A DNA stretch of 64,000 bases from Candidatus Omnitrophota bacterium. GTDB taxonomy: Bacteria > Omnitrophota > Gorgyraeia > Gygaellales > Profunditerraquicolaceae. The notes under the pieces were generated by a model that worked only from the letters and a program-made list of their open reading frames with translations, was not told where the DNA came from and made no database searches. Below, piece by piece: positions 44,652 through 54,518 of the stretch; within the stretch, counting starts at the first letter, position 1; each line of letters begins with the position of its first letter. The stretch covers positions 20,950 to 84,949 of the forward strand of contig JAQTQJ010000005.1 of the NCBI GenBank assembly GCA_028712255.1, written 5' to 3'. Made by a program: the position numbers and the translations under genes.

Positions 44652-45326
44652 ATGGATAAAGAAAAAAATTATATAGAGCTAGAGAAATTTTGTCTCGATG
44701 AAGGCATAGACCTTTTTGGAGTTGCTGATATAAGTAAGGTAAGGGAGGAATTTAAGCTTTCTCCTAAAATATCCCAGAATTTACAGAGCGCTATTTGTTT
44801 GGGAGTTATGCTTTCTGGAGCAGTATTATCTGAAATAGATATCGTGCCTACTAAATTATATTTTCATCATTACAAAATAGTCAATTCTTTTTTGGATCAT
44901 ATAGCATTAAGATTATGTAATATAATTCAGAAAAAGGGTTTTTTGGCTTTGGCTGTTCCTGCGACACAAATTATCGATTGGGAAAAAAATGTTGGGCATC
45001 TCTCGCATAGAAAATTAGGTGTTTTAGCAGGTTTAGGTTGGATCGGCAGGAATAATCTTCTGGTGAATGAAAAATTAGGCAGCCAATTCCGTATAGTTTC
45101 GGTATTGACCAATATTCCGCTAAAAATAGATGAATCAAACAAAAAAGACTGCGGTGAGTGTAGGCGTTGTGTTGAGGTATGCCCGTCAGGAGCGATTCAG
45201 GATAATCCTGCTGATTTTGATCATGTTAAATGCTTTGAAAAACTCAAAAGTTTTCAAAAACAGCGTCAAGCTGAACAGTTTGTCTGCGGAATATGTGTGA
45301 ATGTTTGTAAAGGCAAGAGAAATTAA
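44652..45326 (+). CDS. Short QueG-like (epoxyqueuosine reductase-related) 4Fe-4S protein.
   Basis: LGVLAGLGWIGRNNLL and CGECRRCVEVCPSGAI motifs. Only 224 aa, compared with about 380 for canonical QueG. Confidence 0.5.
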   Translation: MDKEKNYIELEKFCLDEGIDLFGVADISKVREEFKLSPKISQNLQSAICLGVMLSGAVLSEIDIVPTKLYFHHYKIVNSFLDHIALRLCNIIQKKGFLALAVPATQIIDWEKNVGHLSHRKLGVLAGLGWIGRNNLLVNEKLGSQFRIVSVLTNIPLKIDESNKKDCGECRRCVEVCPSGAIQDNPADFDHVKCFEKLKSFQKQRQAEQFVCGICVNVCKGKRN

Positions 45327-45359
45327 CAGTAACAGCTTAGTTCTCGGAAGTATCCGTCG

Positions 45360-45439
45360 GTGTCATTGCGAGTCCGCCGAAGGCGGACGAAGCAATCTAA
45401 TAAAAGATTGCTTCGTCGCTATCGCTCCTCGCAATGACA
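45360..45439 (+). repeat. Family II palindromic element, copy 6. A degenerate short relative gtcattcccgctttcgcgggaataac lies at 52398-52426.
   Basis: gtgtcattgcgagtccgccgaaggcggacgaagcaatc...gattgcttcgtcgctatcgctcctcgcaatgacac. Confidence 0.8.
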
Positions 45440-45475
45440 CAGATAATTCCAAGGGCTGAGCTGAACAATTAAAAA

Positions 45476-46168
45476 ATGAAAGAAAAAATATTAATTGTTG
45501 AAGACGAAAAAGATATTGTTAAGATGCTCAGGTATAATCTTGAAAAAGAAGGGTTTAAGGTTATTGATGCCAGAGATGGAGAGGATGCTCTAGATTTGGC
45601 TGTGCGCCAGCATCCGGATCTTATTTTGCTGGATTTAATGCTTCCGGGTATGGATGGTTTGGAGGTATGTAAGGCTTTAAAGAAGGAAAGTAAGACCGGT
45701 TCCATACCGATAATTATGCTTACTGCAAAAAGCCAGGAATCGGATAAAGTGGTAGGGCTAGAGCTGGGTGCCGATGATTATATTACTAAACCATTTAGCC
45801 CGCGCGAGCTGATTGCGCGCATTAAAGCGGTTTTACGCCGCGCAACTGAAAAAGAAAAGCTCCCTGAAATATTTCAAGTAGAAGATTTAAAAATAGATTT
45901 TGCCAAGATCTCCGTGAACGTTAAGGATAAACCGGTTGAGTTAACCTCAAAAGAGTTTGAGCTTTTAAAAACCCTGCTTAAAGCCAAAGGTAGAGTTTTA
46001 TCACGTGATTATCTCTTGGACACTATCTGGGGTTTTGATCATGCCATGGAGATTCAAACACGCACAGTGGATGTGCATATCCGCACTTTACGTAAAAAAT
46101 TAAAAAGTGCATCCAAGTATATTATAACAGTTAAGAATTACGGTTACCGTTTTGAAACCGAGGATTAA
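45476..46168 (+). CDS. phoB: OmpR/PhoB family response regulator.
   Basis: REC domain (DLILLDLMLPGMDG) plus winged-helix C-terminus. Adjacent to PhoR and pst genes. Confidence 0.85.
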   Translation: MKEKILIVEDEKDIVKMLRYNLEKEGFKVIDARDGEDALDLAVRQHPDLILLDLMLPGMDGLEVCKALKKESKTGSIPIIMLTAKSQESDKVVGLELGADDYITKPFSPRELIARIKAVLRRATEKEKLPEIFQVEDLKIDFAKISVNVKDKPVELTSKEFELLKTLLKAKGRVLSRDYLLDTIWGFDHAMEIQTRTVDVHIRTLRKKLKSASKYIITVKNYGYRFETED

Positions 46169-46170
46169 AC

Positions 46171-47277
46171 TTGTTCAATTCCCACCTAAAAAAGAAGATC
46201 TTTGAGTTAGATTCTCAGCTAGAAACATTCAAAAAACGCATTAACATTCTAGAAAACGAGAACAACCGCATACATGCCATATTAAATAGCATGGTTGAAG
46301 GGGTAATCGCGGTAGATAGGGATACGCGTGTCCTTTGGCTTAATCCGACAGCTGAAGATATTTTTAATATCTCTCAGGGCAGTGCGCAAGGCAGGATTTT
46401 TCTGGAGGTGTTTCCTAATAATGATATTGCTGCGATTATAGCTTTGGTTTTAAAAAAAGGGGAACATATCTCTAAAGAGTTAACTCTTATTTGGCCGATG
46501 CAGAAAGTATTTCAGGTGAACGCTTCGCCCATCTTTGAATCTAAAGCAACAAGTGGCTGCCTTATGGTTATACATGATATTACCGAGATAAGGCGCCTGG
46601 AAAACATGCGCCGGGATTTTGTGGCCAATGTTTCACATGAATTAAAAACTCCTCTTACTTCTATAAAGGGCTTTGTGGAGACTCTTTTAGAGGGTGCCAT
46701 CAACGATAAAGAGAATAGCGTTAACTTCCTAAAGATAATTAATGATCACGCTGATAGGCTTAGTACTTTGATTAATGATTTGCTTGATCTTTCGCATATC
46801 GAATCAAAGCAGATGCAATTAAGAAGGGATAAATTTGATTTGTTAGGGCTTATTAATGAAATTATATTGGGGTTTAATTCTCAGGCCAAAAAGAAAGAAA
46901 TAGAAATTAATTATAAATTACCTCAAAGCTTAGAGATCATCGCTGATAAGAGCAAGATCGAACAGGTATTTACCAACTTAATTGATAATGCTATTAAATA
47001 TAATAAAGAAAAAGGCTTTGTGAAGATTTATTCTGAAGAACCTGTAAACAAGATAAAGATTGTTATCGAGGACTCCGGCCCAGGAATACCTGCAAAAGAT
47101 ATCCTTCGTATTTTTGAGCGTTTCTATCGTGTAGATAAAGCCCGCTCGCGCCAGCTTGGAGGCACCGGGCTTGGGTTATCTATTGTTAAGCATATTATCG
47201 AGCTGCATGGCGGTAATGTTGGCGTTGAAAGTACTGAAGGAATAGGCTCGAAGTTTTGGTTTATACTTCCAAGGTAG
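46171..47277 (+). CDS. phoR: Sensor histidine kinase PhoR-like (PAS + HisKA + HATPase).
   Basis: H-box FVANVSHELKTPLTSI. N, G1 and G2 boxes DNAIKY and GGTGLGLSIV. Confidence 0.85.
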   Translation: MFNSHLKKKIFELDSQLETFKKRINILENENNRIHAILNSMVEGVIAVDRDTRVLWLNPTAEDIFNISQGSAQGRIFLEVFPNNDIAAIIALVLKKGEHISKELTLIWPMQKVFQVNASPIFESKATSGCLMVIHDITEIRRLENMRRDFVANVSHELKTPLTSIKGFVETLLEGAINDKENSVNFLKIINDHADRLSTLINDLLDLSHIESKQMQLRRDKFDLLGLINEIILGFNSQAKKKEIEINYKLPQSLEIIADKSKIEQVFTNLIDNAIKYNKEKGFVKIYSEEPVNKIKIVIEDSGPGIPAKDILRIFERFYRVDKARSRQLGGTGLGLSIVKHIIELHGGNVGVESTEGIGSKFWFILPR

Positions 47278-47289
47278 TTTTCTTAGTGA

Positions 47290-47378
47290 GATCCTTCGTC
47301 GCTTCGGTCATATCTAGGGCTCTTCAGGATAAATGCGCCTCTAATTAAAATAATTGGCGCATTTAGTTTTACTTACAT
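47290..47378 (+). promoter_or_regulatory. Conserved 3'/intergenic dual-hairpin element: GATCCTTCGTC...TCAGGATAAAT followed by hairpin aaatgcgcc/ggcgcattt and a TTTTACTTACA box. Copy A, after phoR.
   Basis: Relatives at 48194-48266, 58521-58618 and 61325-61423. The ATCCT/AGGAT arms and the AAAT...ATTT stems are conserved, while the loop sequences vary. Confidence 0.45.
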
Positions 47379-47533
47379 TTTACCTGCCTTTGAAGCGGAT
47401 TTAACTACCTCCTTTTATACTATCTTTAGAGTTAAAAAGGAAGGAGGTGAAATGTTTAACGAGTTAGTGTTATTGGGGATATTCTGTATATTGACAGAAT
47501 TTAAAATTAACAAGTTATTTAATAGGAGAGAAT

Positions 47534-48190
47534 ATGAAAAGGATAGTTTTGGTTGCGATAGGGGCGGTTTTGTTTTTATCAGTTAACGCCCATGCTTATG
47601 ATGATGGTGATTTTCAAATTTGGAACACTGATGTGGAAGAGATGCAACTTAAGAAAGATCTAAAGCTTGTATTTGAACAGGAGTTTCGCTGGGGGGAAAA
47701 TGCAAGTGATTTTTACTATCAGCATTATGATCTGGGGCTATTCTATAATCTAAATAAATATTGGAGTATAGGTGGTGGATACAGGCATGTTCTTAATAAA
47801 AGCAAAGGTAAATTTTTGGTTGAAAATGAGCCTTATGTTGCTGCTACTTTTACTAACCAATTTGCAGGGTTTAAATATGATGACCGCAGCCGGCTCGAAT
47901 ATAACCATTTTGATTATAAAGATGATACCTGGAGGTATCGCAATAAGCTTACCGTGAAGGCGCCGTGGAAATTCACCAAGTTAGAATTTCAACCGTTTGT
48001 TGCTGAGGAATTATTTATCCTTTTTGATGATGGACAAAGGCTAAATGAAAGCAGGTCTACTGCCGGTTTGACAATGAGTATAACTAAAAACCTCAAAGGT
48101 GAAATCTATTACATGTTCAGAACCACAAAAAGCGGCCTGAAGTGGACAGATACAAATGTGCTGGGAACTAAGTTAAAGCTTGTGTTCTAA
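47534..48190 (+). CDS. Putative outer-membrane beta-barrel protein (DUF2490-like), next to the Pho genes.
   Basis: Signal peptide ending NAHA. Alternating amphipathic pattern with aromatic residues. C-terminal F. Confidence 0.45.
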   Translation: MKRIVLVAIGAVLFLSVNAHAYDDGDFQIWNTDVEEMQLKKDLKLVFEQEFRWGENASDFYYQHYDLGLFYNLNKYWSIGGGYRHVLNKSKGKFLVENEPYVAATFTNQFAGFKYDDRSRLEYNHFDYKDDTWRYRNKLTVKAPWKFTKLEFQPFVAEELFILFDDGQRLNESRSTAGLTMSITKNLKGEIYYMFRTTKSGLKWTDTNVLGTKLKLVF

Positions 48191-48328
48191 AAAGATCTTT
48201 CGCTAACGCTTTAGGATAAATGCGCCCGTATGTTAAAAAATTATAGCGCATTTAATTTTACGTAGATTTAACATTGGTTTGGTATAAATAAGGTATAATA
48301 TACAGTAAAGATAAATGGAGGATTTAAA

Positions 48329-49180
48329 ATGTTTAAAAAGGATTTATTTATTTTAGCCGTACTTATGTTTACGGCTTCGGCGTTTGCTGGAAATGATAAA
48401 AATTCTATTCAGATTAAAGGTTCTGATACTATGGTTAATCTGGCTCAAGCCTGGGCAGAGAAATATATGGAAAAAAATTCCGAAGATTTTGTGGCAGTAA
48501 CCGGTGGTGGTTCAGGTACAGGAATAGCCGCGTTTATTAACTCAACATGTGATATTGCTGAGTGCTCTCGCTCGATGAAAAAAGAAGAGATTCAGCTTGC
48601 CGAAAATAAAGGAGTAAAACCAGTTGAGCACATTGTGGCTTTAGACGGGATTGTTGTAGTCGTGAGCCCGAAAAATCCCGTAAGTAAACTTACTATAGAA
48701 CAGCTTCGTGCAATATTTATGGGTACTATAAAAAACTGGAAGGAAGTTGGAGGGGAAGATAAAACTATAGTCATATTATCCAGGGAAATCAACTCCGGTA
48801 CGCACGTATTTTTTAAAGAGCATGTTTTGCGAGGCGGCCATGAAAAAGGCCCTGAAGAATTTGCGCCTGGTGCATTGCTTATGTCATCAAGCCAGGCAAT
48901 CGCAGACGAAGTAGCACAGAATCAAAATGCAATAGGATATTATGGTATGGGATATATCAGCCCTAAGCAGAAAGTTATTTTGGTTGCCAAAGATGAAAAA
49001 TCCGAATATATCATGCCGACAATAGAAAACGTGGTGAAAGGCAGATATCCTATATCGCGGCCTTTGTATCTTTATACTAATGGAGAAGCTTTAGGGTTAG
49101 TGAAAAAGTTTTTGGATTTTACGCTTTCTAAAGAAGGACAGGAGATTGTAGCAAAAACTGATTTTGTGCCGGTTAAATAA
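48329..49180 (+). CDS. pstS: Phosphate ABC transporter substrate-binding protein.
   Basis: GSDTMVNLAQAWAEKY and TGGGSGTGIAA motifs. Confidence 0.85.
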   Translation: MFKKDLFILAVLMFTASAFAGNDKNSIQIKGSDTMVNLAQAWAEKYMEKNSEDFVAVTGGGSGTGIAAFINSTCDIAECSRSMKKEEIQLAENKGVKPVEHIVALDGIVVVVSPKNPVSKLTIEQLRAIFMGTIKNWKEVGGEDKTIVILSREINSGTHVFFKEHVLRGGHEKGPEEFAPGALLMSSSQAIADEVAQNQNAIGYYGMGYISPKQKVILVAKDEKSEYIMPTIENVVKGRYPISRPLYLYTNGEALGLVKKFLDFTLSKEGQEIVAKTDFVPVK

Positions 49181-50043
49181 TGCGTAAGCTAAAAGAATTT
49201 ATTATTGAGAAGCTAATCCTGATTTCAGGGTTAGCTTCCATATTTTTTGTAATTTTAATATTTTTATTTTTGGCTAAGGAAGGGCTATCGGTATTTAAAT
49301 CCGTTACTCCATTTAATTTCCTCTTAGGTAAAAATTGGTATCCCATTTCTGAGCCTGCGCAATTAGGGATTTTACCGTTAATATTGGGTTCATTAATCGT
49401 AACTTTAGGAGCAGCAATTATCTCTATTCCTATAGGAGTGGCTTGTGCGGTCTATATTGCCGAAATTGCCCCATTAAAAATCAAAGAAATTTTAAAAGCT
49501 GGGATCGAATTATTAGCTGCAATTCCCAGTGTAGTTTTAGGCTTTATCGGTATGGTAACTTTAGTCCCATGGGTAAAGTCTACTTTTCATTTGCCTACAG
49601 GCCTTACTGCTTTGTCAGGAGCAATAATCTTAGCTTTTATGGCTATGCCGACGATAGTTTCAATTGCTGAAGACGCTTTATACTCGGTGCCCAAGAGTTA
49701 TAAAGAAGGTGCTTTTGCTTTAGGGGCAACACATTGGCAGACAATTTATCGGGTTTTGCTTCCGGCTGCCTCTTCAGGGATTGTTGCTGCGGTAATGCTT
49801 GGTATAGGCCGCGTAATCGGTGAGACTATGGCGGTGATGATGATTACCGGAAATGCAGCGGTTATTCCGCAAAGCATTTTTGTCCCGGTACGTACTTTAA
49901 CTGCTACTATCGCCGCTGAAATGGGGGAGGCAGTTGTAGGCAGCGAACATTATTTTGCCTTGTTTGCTATCGGTATAGTTTTATTTATTATGAGTTTTAT
50001 TATCAATGTTACTGCAGACCTATTTTTACATAAAAGGAACTGA
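49180..50043 (+). CDS. pstC: Phosphate ABC transporter permease PstC.
   Basis: Permease with an EAA-like loop. Gene order pstSCAB. Confidence 0.85.
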   Translation: MRKLKEFIIEKLILISGLASIFFVILIFLFLAKEGLSVFKSVTPFNFLLGKNWYPISEPAQLGILPLILGSLIVTLGAAIISIPIGVACAVYIAEIAPLKIKEILKAGIELLAAIPSVVLGFIGMVTLVPWVKSTFHLPTGLTALSGAIILAFMAMPTIVSIAEDALYSVPKSYKEGAFALGATHWQTIYRVLLPAASSGIVAAVMLGIGRVIGETMAVMMITGNAAVIPQSIFVPVRTLTATIAAEMGEAVVGSEHYFALFAIGIVLFIMSFIINVTADLFLHKRN

Positions 50044-50891
50044 TGCGTAATACGCAAAGATCACAAAGAATCGCATTCTTTTTTCTTTTTCTGGCAACAC
50101 TTTTAATCGTCGTACCTGTTGGCCTGATTGTGGTAATTATTATTCAGAAAGGCCTGCCTGCAATTAACTGGCAGTTTTTATTGGATGTTCCACGCCTGGG
50201 AATGCGTGCCGGAGGTATTTTTCCGGCAATTATCGGAACTTTTTACCTAGTTTTGGGTGCCATAATCTTTGCACTTCCTATAGGCTTACTTGCAGCAATT
50301 TATTTGAGCGAATATGCCAAAGATAACATACTTAACCGCATAATTAAGCTGGCAATAGTGAATCTTTCCGGTGTGCCTTCAGTTGTCTACGGTTTATTTG
50401 GTTTGGCGCTTTTTGTTGTCTTTTTAAAATTTGGGGCATCTATTTTATCCGGCTCCCTTACTTTAGGGATAATGATTCTGCCGATAATTATTACTACATC
50501 GCGGGAAGCACTGGAAAGTGTACCGCAATCATTTCGTGAGGTAAGTTTATCATTAGGCGCAAGTAAATGGCAGACTATAAGGCATATAGTTTTGCCCAAT
50601 GCAATACCCGGAATTCTGACTGGTACTATTCTTGGCTTAGGCCGTGCAGCAGGGGAAACTGCGCCGATTCTTTTTACTGTGGCTGCTTTTTATTTACCAC
50701 GGCTTCCCAAATCTATTTTTGATCAGGCAATGGCTTTACCGTATCACTTATATGTAATTTCAACTCAAGTGCCCAACGTAGATGAAAAAATACGTTATGG
50801 CACGGCTTTAGTTTTGTTATCTTTAGTTTTGTTTATGAATCTGGTTGCTATAATTATTCGTTACAATTTCAGGAAGAAAAAGAAATGGTGA
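50043..50891 (+). CDS. pstA: Phosphate ABC transporter permease PstA.
   Basis: Permease. Overlaps neighbouring genes by 1-7 nt, consistent with operon coupling. Confidence 0.85.
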   Translation: MRNTQRSQRIAFFFLFLATLLIVVPVGLIVVIIIQKGLPAINWQFLLDVPRLGMRAGGIFPAIIGTFYLVLGAIIFALPIGLLAAIYLSEYAKDNILNRIIKLAIVNLSGVPSVVYGLFGLALFVVFLKFGASILSGSLTLGIMILPIIITTSREALESVPQSFREVSLSLGASKWQTIRHIVLPNAIPGILTGTILGLGRAAGETAPILFTVAAFYLPRLPKSIFDQAMALPYHLYVISTQVPNVDEKIRYGTALVLLSLVLFMNLVAIIIRYNFRKKKKW

Positions 50892-51631
50892 AATTTAAAG
50901 CTAAAGATTTGAATATTTGGTTTGGGCAGATTCATGCTTTAAAAGGCGTGAACATCGAGGTGGAGGATAATGAGATTTTGAGTGTAATCGGTCCGTCCAA
51001 TAGCGGAAAGACAAGTTTTCTGCGTATGCTCAACCGTTTGAATGACTTACATCCGGGTTTTAAAATGGGTGGAAGTTTAGAGTTTGATCAAGAAGATATA
51101 AGAAAAATAGATATTGAAGGTTTACGTAAAAGAGTGGGAATGGTTTTTGCTTTGCCTCTACCTTTACCCTTGTCCATTTTTGAGAATGTGGCTTATGGTG
51201 TGAAAATGCATGGAGAGAAAAACCGCAATAAGATATCTGAGGTTGTTGAGGGTTCATTAAAACAAGCATATCTTTGGGAAGAAGTTAAGGACAGGCTTGA
51301 TGTGTCAGCTTTTAAATTATCTGGCGGCCAGCAACAGAGGCTTTGCATTGCCCGGACGCTGGCTGTTAGCCCCGAGGTAATTTTATTTGATGAGCCGTGT
51401 TCCGGACTGGATCCGATTTCAACCGCTAAAGTTGAAGAGGCGATTGTTAAGCTGAAGAAAGACTACACAATAGTTTTGGTGACTAATAATGTTAAGCAGG
51501 CAGCCAGAGTCGGTGATCGCACAGCTTTCTTCTTATTAGGTGAGCTAGTGGAACTGGATAAAACAGAGAAAATATTTACTGTGCCAAGTGACCAGCGTAC
51601 GGATGGATATATCAGAGGGAAATTCGGATAA
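50885..51631 (+). CDS. pstB: Phosphate ABC transporter ATPase, copy 1.
   Basis: Walker [10 protein letters not shown], signature LSGGQQQRL, Walker B ILFDEP. Confidence 0.9.
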   Translation: MVKFKAKDLNIWFGQIHALKGVNIEVEDNEILSVIGPSNSGKTSFLRMLNRLNDLHPGFKMGGSLEFDQEDIRKIDIEGLRKRVGMVFALPLPLPLSIFENVAYGVKMHGEKNRNKISEVVEGSLKQAYLWEEVKDRLDVSAFKLSGGQQQRLCIARTLAVSPEVILFDEPCSGLDPISTAKVEEAIVKLKKDYTIVLVTNNVKQAARVGDRTAFFLLGELVELDKTEKIFTVPSDQRTDGYIRGKFG

Positions 51632-52386
51632 TGGCGGATATTTTGGTAGATAAATTGAATTTATGGTATGGTGATTTTCAAGCGCTTATAAATGTAAACG
51701 CGCATTTCACCCAAAATCAGATTACCGCGATGATCGGGCCTTCGGGTTGTGGTAAGTCGACTTTATTACGGGTATTTAACCGGATGAACGACCTTATTGA
51801 AGGTGTACGCGTAAAAGGAGAGGTAATTATTGATGCGGAGAATATAATTTCGGATAAAACTGATCTGGTGAGATTACGTAAGAAAGTGGGAATGGTGTTT
51901 CAGCGGCCTAATCCGTTTCCCCTATCTATTTATGAAAATATTGTTTTTGGCCAGAAAGTACATGCTGAAGGGTTGACTAGATTAAAGCTGGATGAGGTAG
52001 TCGAAAGTAGTTTGAAATCCGTTCTTTTATGGGATGAATTAAAAGATAAGCTTAATAAATCAGCGCTTAGTTTATCGCTGGAACAGAAACAGCGGCTTTG
52101 TATTGCCAGATTGATTGCGGTAAAGCCTGAGATTTTACTGATGGATGAACCATGTTCTACGCTTGACCCGCAGGCAACCAGCCGTATTGAAGAATTAATG
52201 CGTGAACTCAAGAATAACTATACTATAATAATTGTTACACACAATATGCAGCAAGCAGCGCGTGTTTCCGATGATACGGGTTTTATGCTTTTAGGCGAGT
52301 TAGTTGAGTTTGCTAAAACAGAAGATATTTTTACTAGGCCAAAAGACAAGAAAACAGAAGACTATATTACCGGCCGTTACGGTTAA
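51631..52386 (+). CDS. pstB: Phosphate ABC transporter ATPase, copy 2 (tandem paralog).
   Basis: Walker [10 protein letters not shown], signature LSLEQKQRL, Walker B LLMDEP. Confidence 0.9.
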   Translation: MADILVDKLNLWYGDFQALINVNAHFTQNQITAMIGPSGCGKSTLLRVFNRMNDLIEGVRVKGEVIIDAENIISDKTDLVRLRKKVGMVFQRPNPFPLSIYENIVFGQKVHAEGLTRLKLDEVVESSLKSVLLWDELKDKLNKSALSLSLEQKQRLCIARLIAVKPEILLMDEPCSTLDPQATSRIEELMRELKNNYTIIIVTHNMQQAARVSDDTGFMLLGELVEFAKTEDIFTRPKDKKTEDYITGRYG

Positions 52387-52447
52387 AGATTTAACTATGT
52401 CATTCCCGCTTTCGCGGGAATAACAATGGGAAAACAGGAGGTACTTA

Positions 52448-53116
52448 ATGTTAAGACATCTAGACGAAGAATTAAAAGAATTGCATAAAGAGATTTTGAA
52501 GATGGCGGTGTTTGCCCAGGAGGCAATCTTTAAATCTATTGAGTCATTGAAAAACCGTGATAAATACCTGGCTCAGGAAGTAATTGATACCGATAATAAA
52601 ATTGACGAACTTGAGTTGGCCATAGATGAGAAATGTATCGATCTTATTGCCCGCTACCAGCCGATGGCAGGCGATTTAAGGTATATTACAACCGGGATGA
52701 AGATAAATAACGAGCTTGAACGTATTGCCGATATAGCATTGGATATTGCGCAAAAGTCTTTAGGGTTGATTGATAAACCTTTACTTAAGCCATTAGTCGA
52801 TATTCCTAAGCTTTCCCAGGTGGCACAAAACATGGTGCATGATGCGATTGATGCTTTTGTCAAAAGGGATGCGTATTTAGCCCGTCAAGTAGTTTTGGCG
52901 GATTCAGAAGCCGATCGTTTACGTAATTTGGTGCAGGATGAATTGGTTAGTGAATATCTGGCGCGCGATGCTAAAACTGCAGACCGAGCTGTGGCGTTGA
53001 TACTTATTGCCCGTTATCTTGAGCGTATTTGCGACCATACTACTAACATTGCCGAAGATGTAATTTATATGGTTGAGGCAAAGGTAGTTAAGCATCATCC
53101 TGAAGAACTAAAATAG
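52448..53116 (+). CDS. phoU: Phosphate signalling regulator PhoU.
   Basis: Two PhoU repeats. E(N)xxERIAD and ERICDHTTNIAE motifs. Confidence 0.85.
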   Translation: MLRHLDEELKELHKEILKMAVFAQEAIFKSIESLKNRDKYLAQEVIDTDNKIDELELAIDEKCIDLIARYQPMAGDLRYITTGMKINNELERIADIALDIAQKSLGLIDKPLLKPLVDIPKLSQVAQNMVHDAIDAFVKRDAYLARQVVLADSEADRLRNLVQDELVSEYLARDAKTADRAVALILIARYLERICDHTTNIAEDVIYMVEAKVVKHHPEELK

Positions 53117-53201
53117 TCGGCTAATTTATCCTCTTGACCCTCTCTATTTAGTGGTATATAATCCTTTCATTATCTCTTGAATATAACCAAAATAATATTT
53201 C

Positions 53202-53933
53202 TTGGAGTTTAGGTGCATGAAAAATAAAATTGTTTTCTGGATCAAGAAACAGATTAAGGATTCTGGGGCCAAGGGTATTGTGATGGGGCTTTCCGGAGGG
53301 ATAGATTCTGCCGTAGTGGCTGCTTTGTGTAAAGAGGCAGTAGGTAAGAATAATATGCTGGTCCTATTTATGCCTTGTAATAGTAATATACAGGATCTAA
53401 AGGATGCTCGATTAGTTGCCAGGAAGTTTAATCTTAAATCAAAGCTGGTAGACCTTTGCGGCGTATATAATGATTTCTTAAGAGTTCTGCCTCAGGCAGG
53501 AGGCTTAGCCAGAGGGAATCTTAAGCCCCGCCTGCGTATGAGCACGCTTTATTATTTTGCTAATAAGCTAAATTACTTAGTATGCGGAACAGGAAATAAA
53601 TCTGAACTTATGGTTGGGTATTTCACCAAATATGGCGACGGCGGAGTGGATATTTTACCGATTGCGGATTTATTCAAGCGCCAGGTGCGTCAACTTGCGC
53701 AGGAGTTGAAGATACCGCAAAATATTATTACCAAGCCGCCTACTGCCGGGCTTTGGCAGGGGCAGACTGATGAAGGAGAGATGGGGATAACTTATAATGA
53801 ACTGGATGATATCTTAGATAGGTTTTGTAATAATCGAAAACAGATTGTTGGTAGCAGTAAAATTAACAAGGTAAAAAGAATGTACAAAAATTCAGAGCAT
53901 AAACGAAAAGGTGCGGATATTTGCCGCATTTAG
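53202..53933 (+). CDS. nadE: NH3-dependent NAD+ synthetase.
   Basis: PP-loop GLSGGIDSAVVAAL. YGDGG motif. Confidence 0.85.
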   Translation: MEFRCMKNKIVFWIKKQIKDSGAKGIVMGLSGGIDSAVVAALCKEAVGKNNMLVLFMPCNSNIQDLKDARLVARKFNLKSKLVDLCGVYNDFLRVLPQAGGLARGNLKPRLRMSTLYYFANKLNYLVCGTGNKSELMVGYFTKYGDGGVDILPIADLFKRQVRQLAQELKIPQNIITKPPTAGLWQGQTDEGEMGITYNELDDILDRFCNNRKQIVGSSKINKVKRMYKNSEHKRKGADICRI

Positions 53934-53947
53934 CTGGAGGAGCCAGA

Positions 53948-54433
53948 ATGGATGAGATCTTAGAGATTTTAGAAAAAGATGGCCGGGCAAGTATAGAAGA
54001 TATTGCCAAGATGACCTGCAGGAAGCCTGAGGACGTTAAAAAAGCGATTAAGAAATACGAAAAAGAGGGAGCAATTTTAAAATATAAGGCAGTAATTAAC
54101 AAGGATTTGGTTAGAGATAATGAATCTGAGGTTAGGGCTTTAATTGAAGTGAATATCGTTCCGCAGAAGGATCTGGGTTTTGAGAAGATTGCCGAGCGCA
54201 TCTATTCGTTTCCTGAGGTCACTAGCTGTTATTTAATCAGCGGCACATATGATTTACTGGTGGTTGTAGAAGGTAAGAATTTGCATACGGTTTCCAATTT
54301 TGTGGCAGAGAAGCTTTCCTGTTTAGAAAATGTGCGCGGCACAGCGACACATTTTTTATTAAAGAAATACAAGGAAGACGGAGTAATCCTGAAGCAGAAG
54401 TCGGAGAATAAGAGGATAGCGATATCCTATTAA
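53948..54433 (+). CDS. Lrp/AsnC family transcriptional regulator.
   Basis: N-terminal HTH (ILEILEKDGRASIEDIAKMT) plus a RAM domain. Confidence 0.75.
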   Translation: MDEILEILEKDGRASIEDIAKMTCRKPEDVKKAIKKYEKEGAILKYKAVINKDLVRDNESEVRALIEVNIVPQKDLGFEKIAERIYSFPEVTSCYLISGTYDLLVVVEGKNLHTVSNFVAEKLSCLENVRGTATHFLLKKYKEDGVILKQKSENKRIAISY

Positions 54434-54435
54434 AC

Positions 54436-54500
54436 AAGCTGTCAGCTGTAAGCGGTAAGTTTTAAGCTTACAGCTTATAACTTAAAGCTTATGGCTTAGT
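54436..54500 (+). repeat. Family III palindromic element (GTAAGCGG.AAGTTTTAAGCTTACAGCTTATAACTTAAA core).
   Basis: Related copies at 60886-60952 and 62910-62976. Nested inverted repeats ctgtaagc/gcttacag. Confidence 0.65.
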
Positions 54501-54518
54501 TTTTAGGGCCTATAAAAA

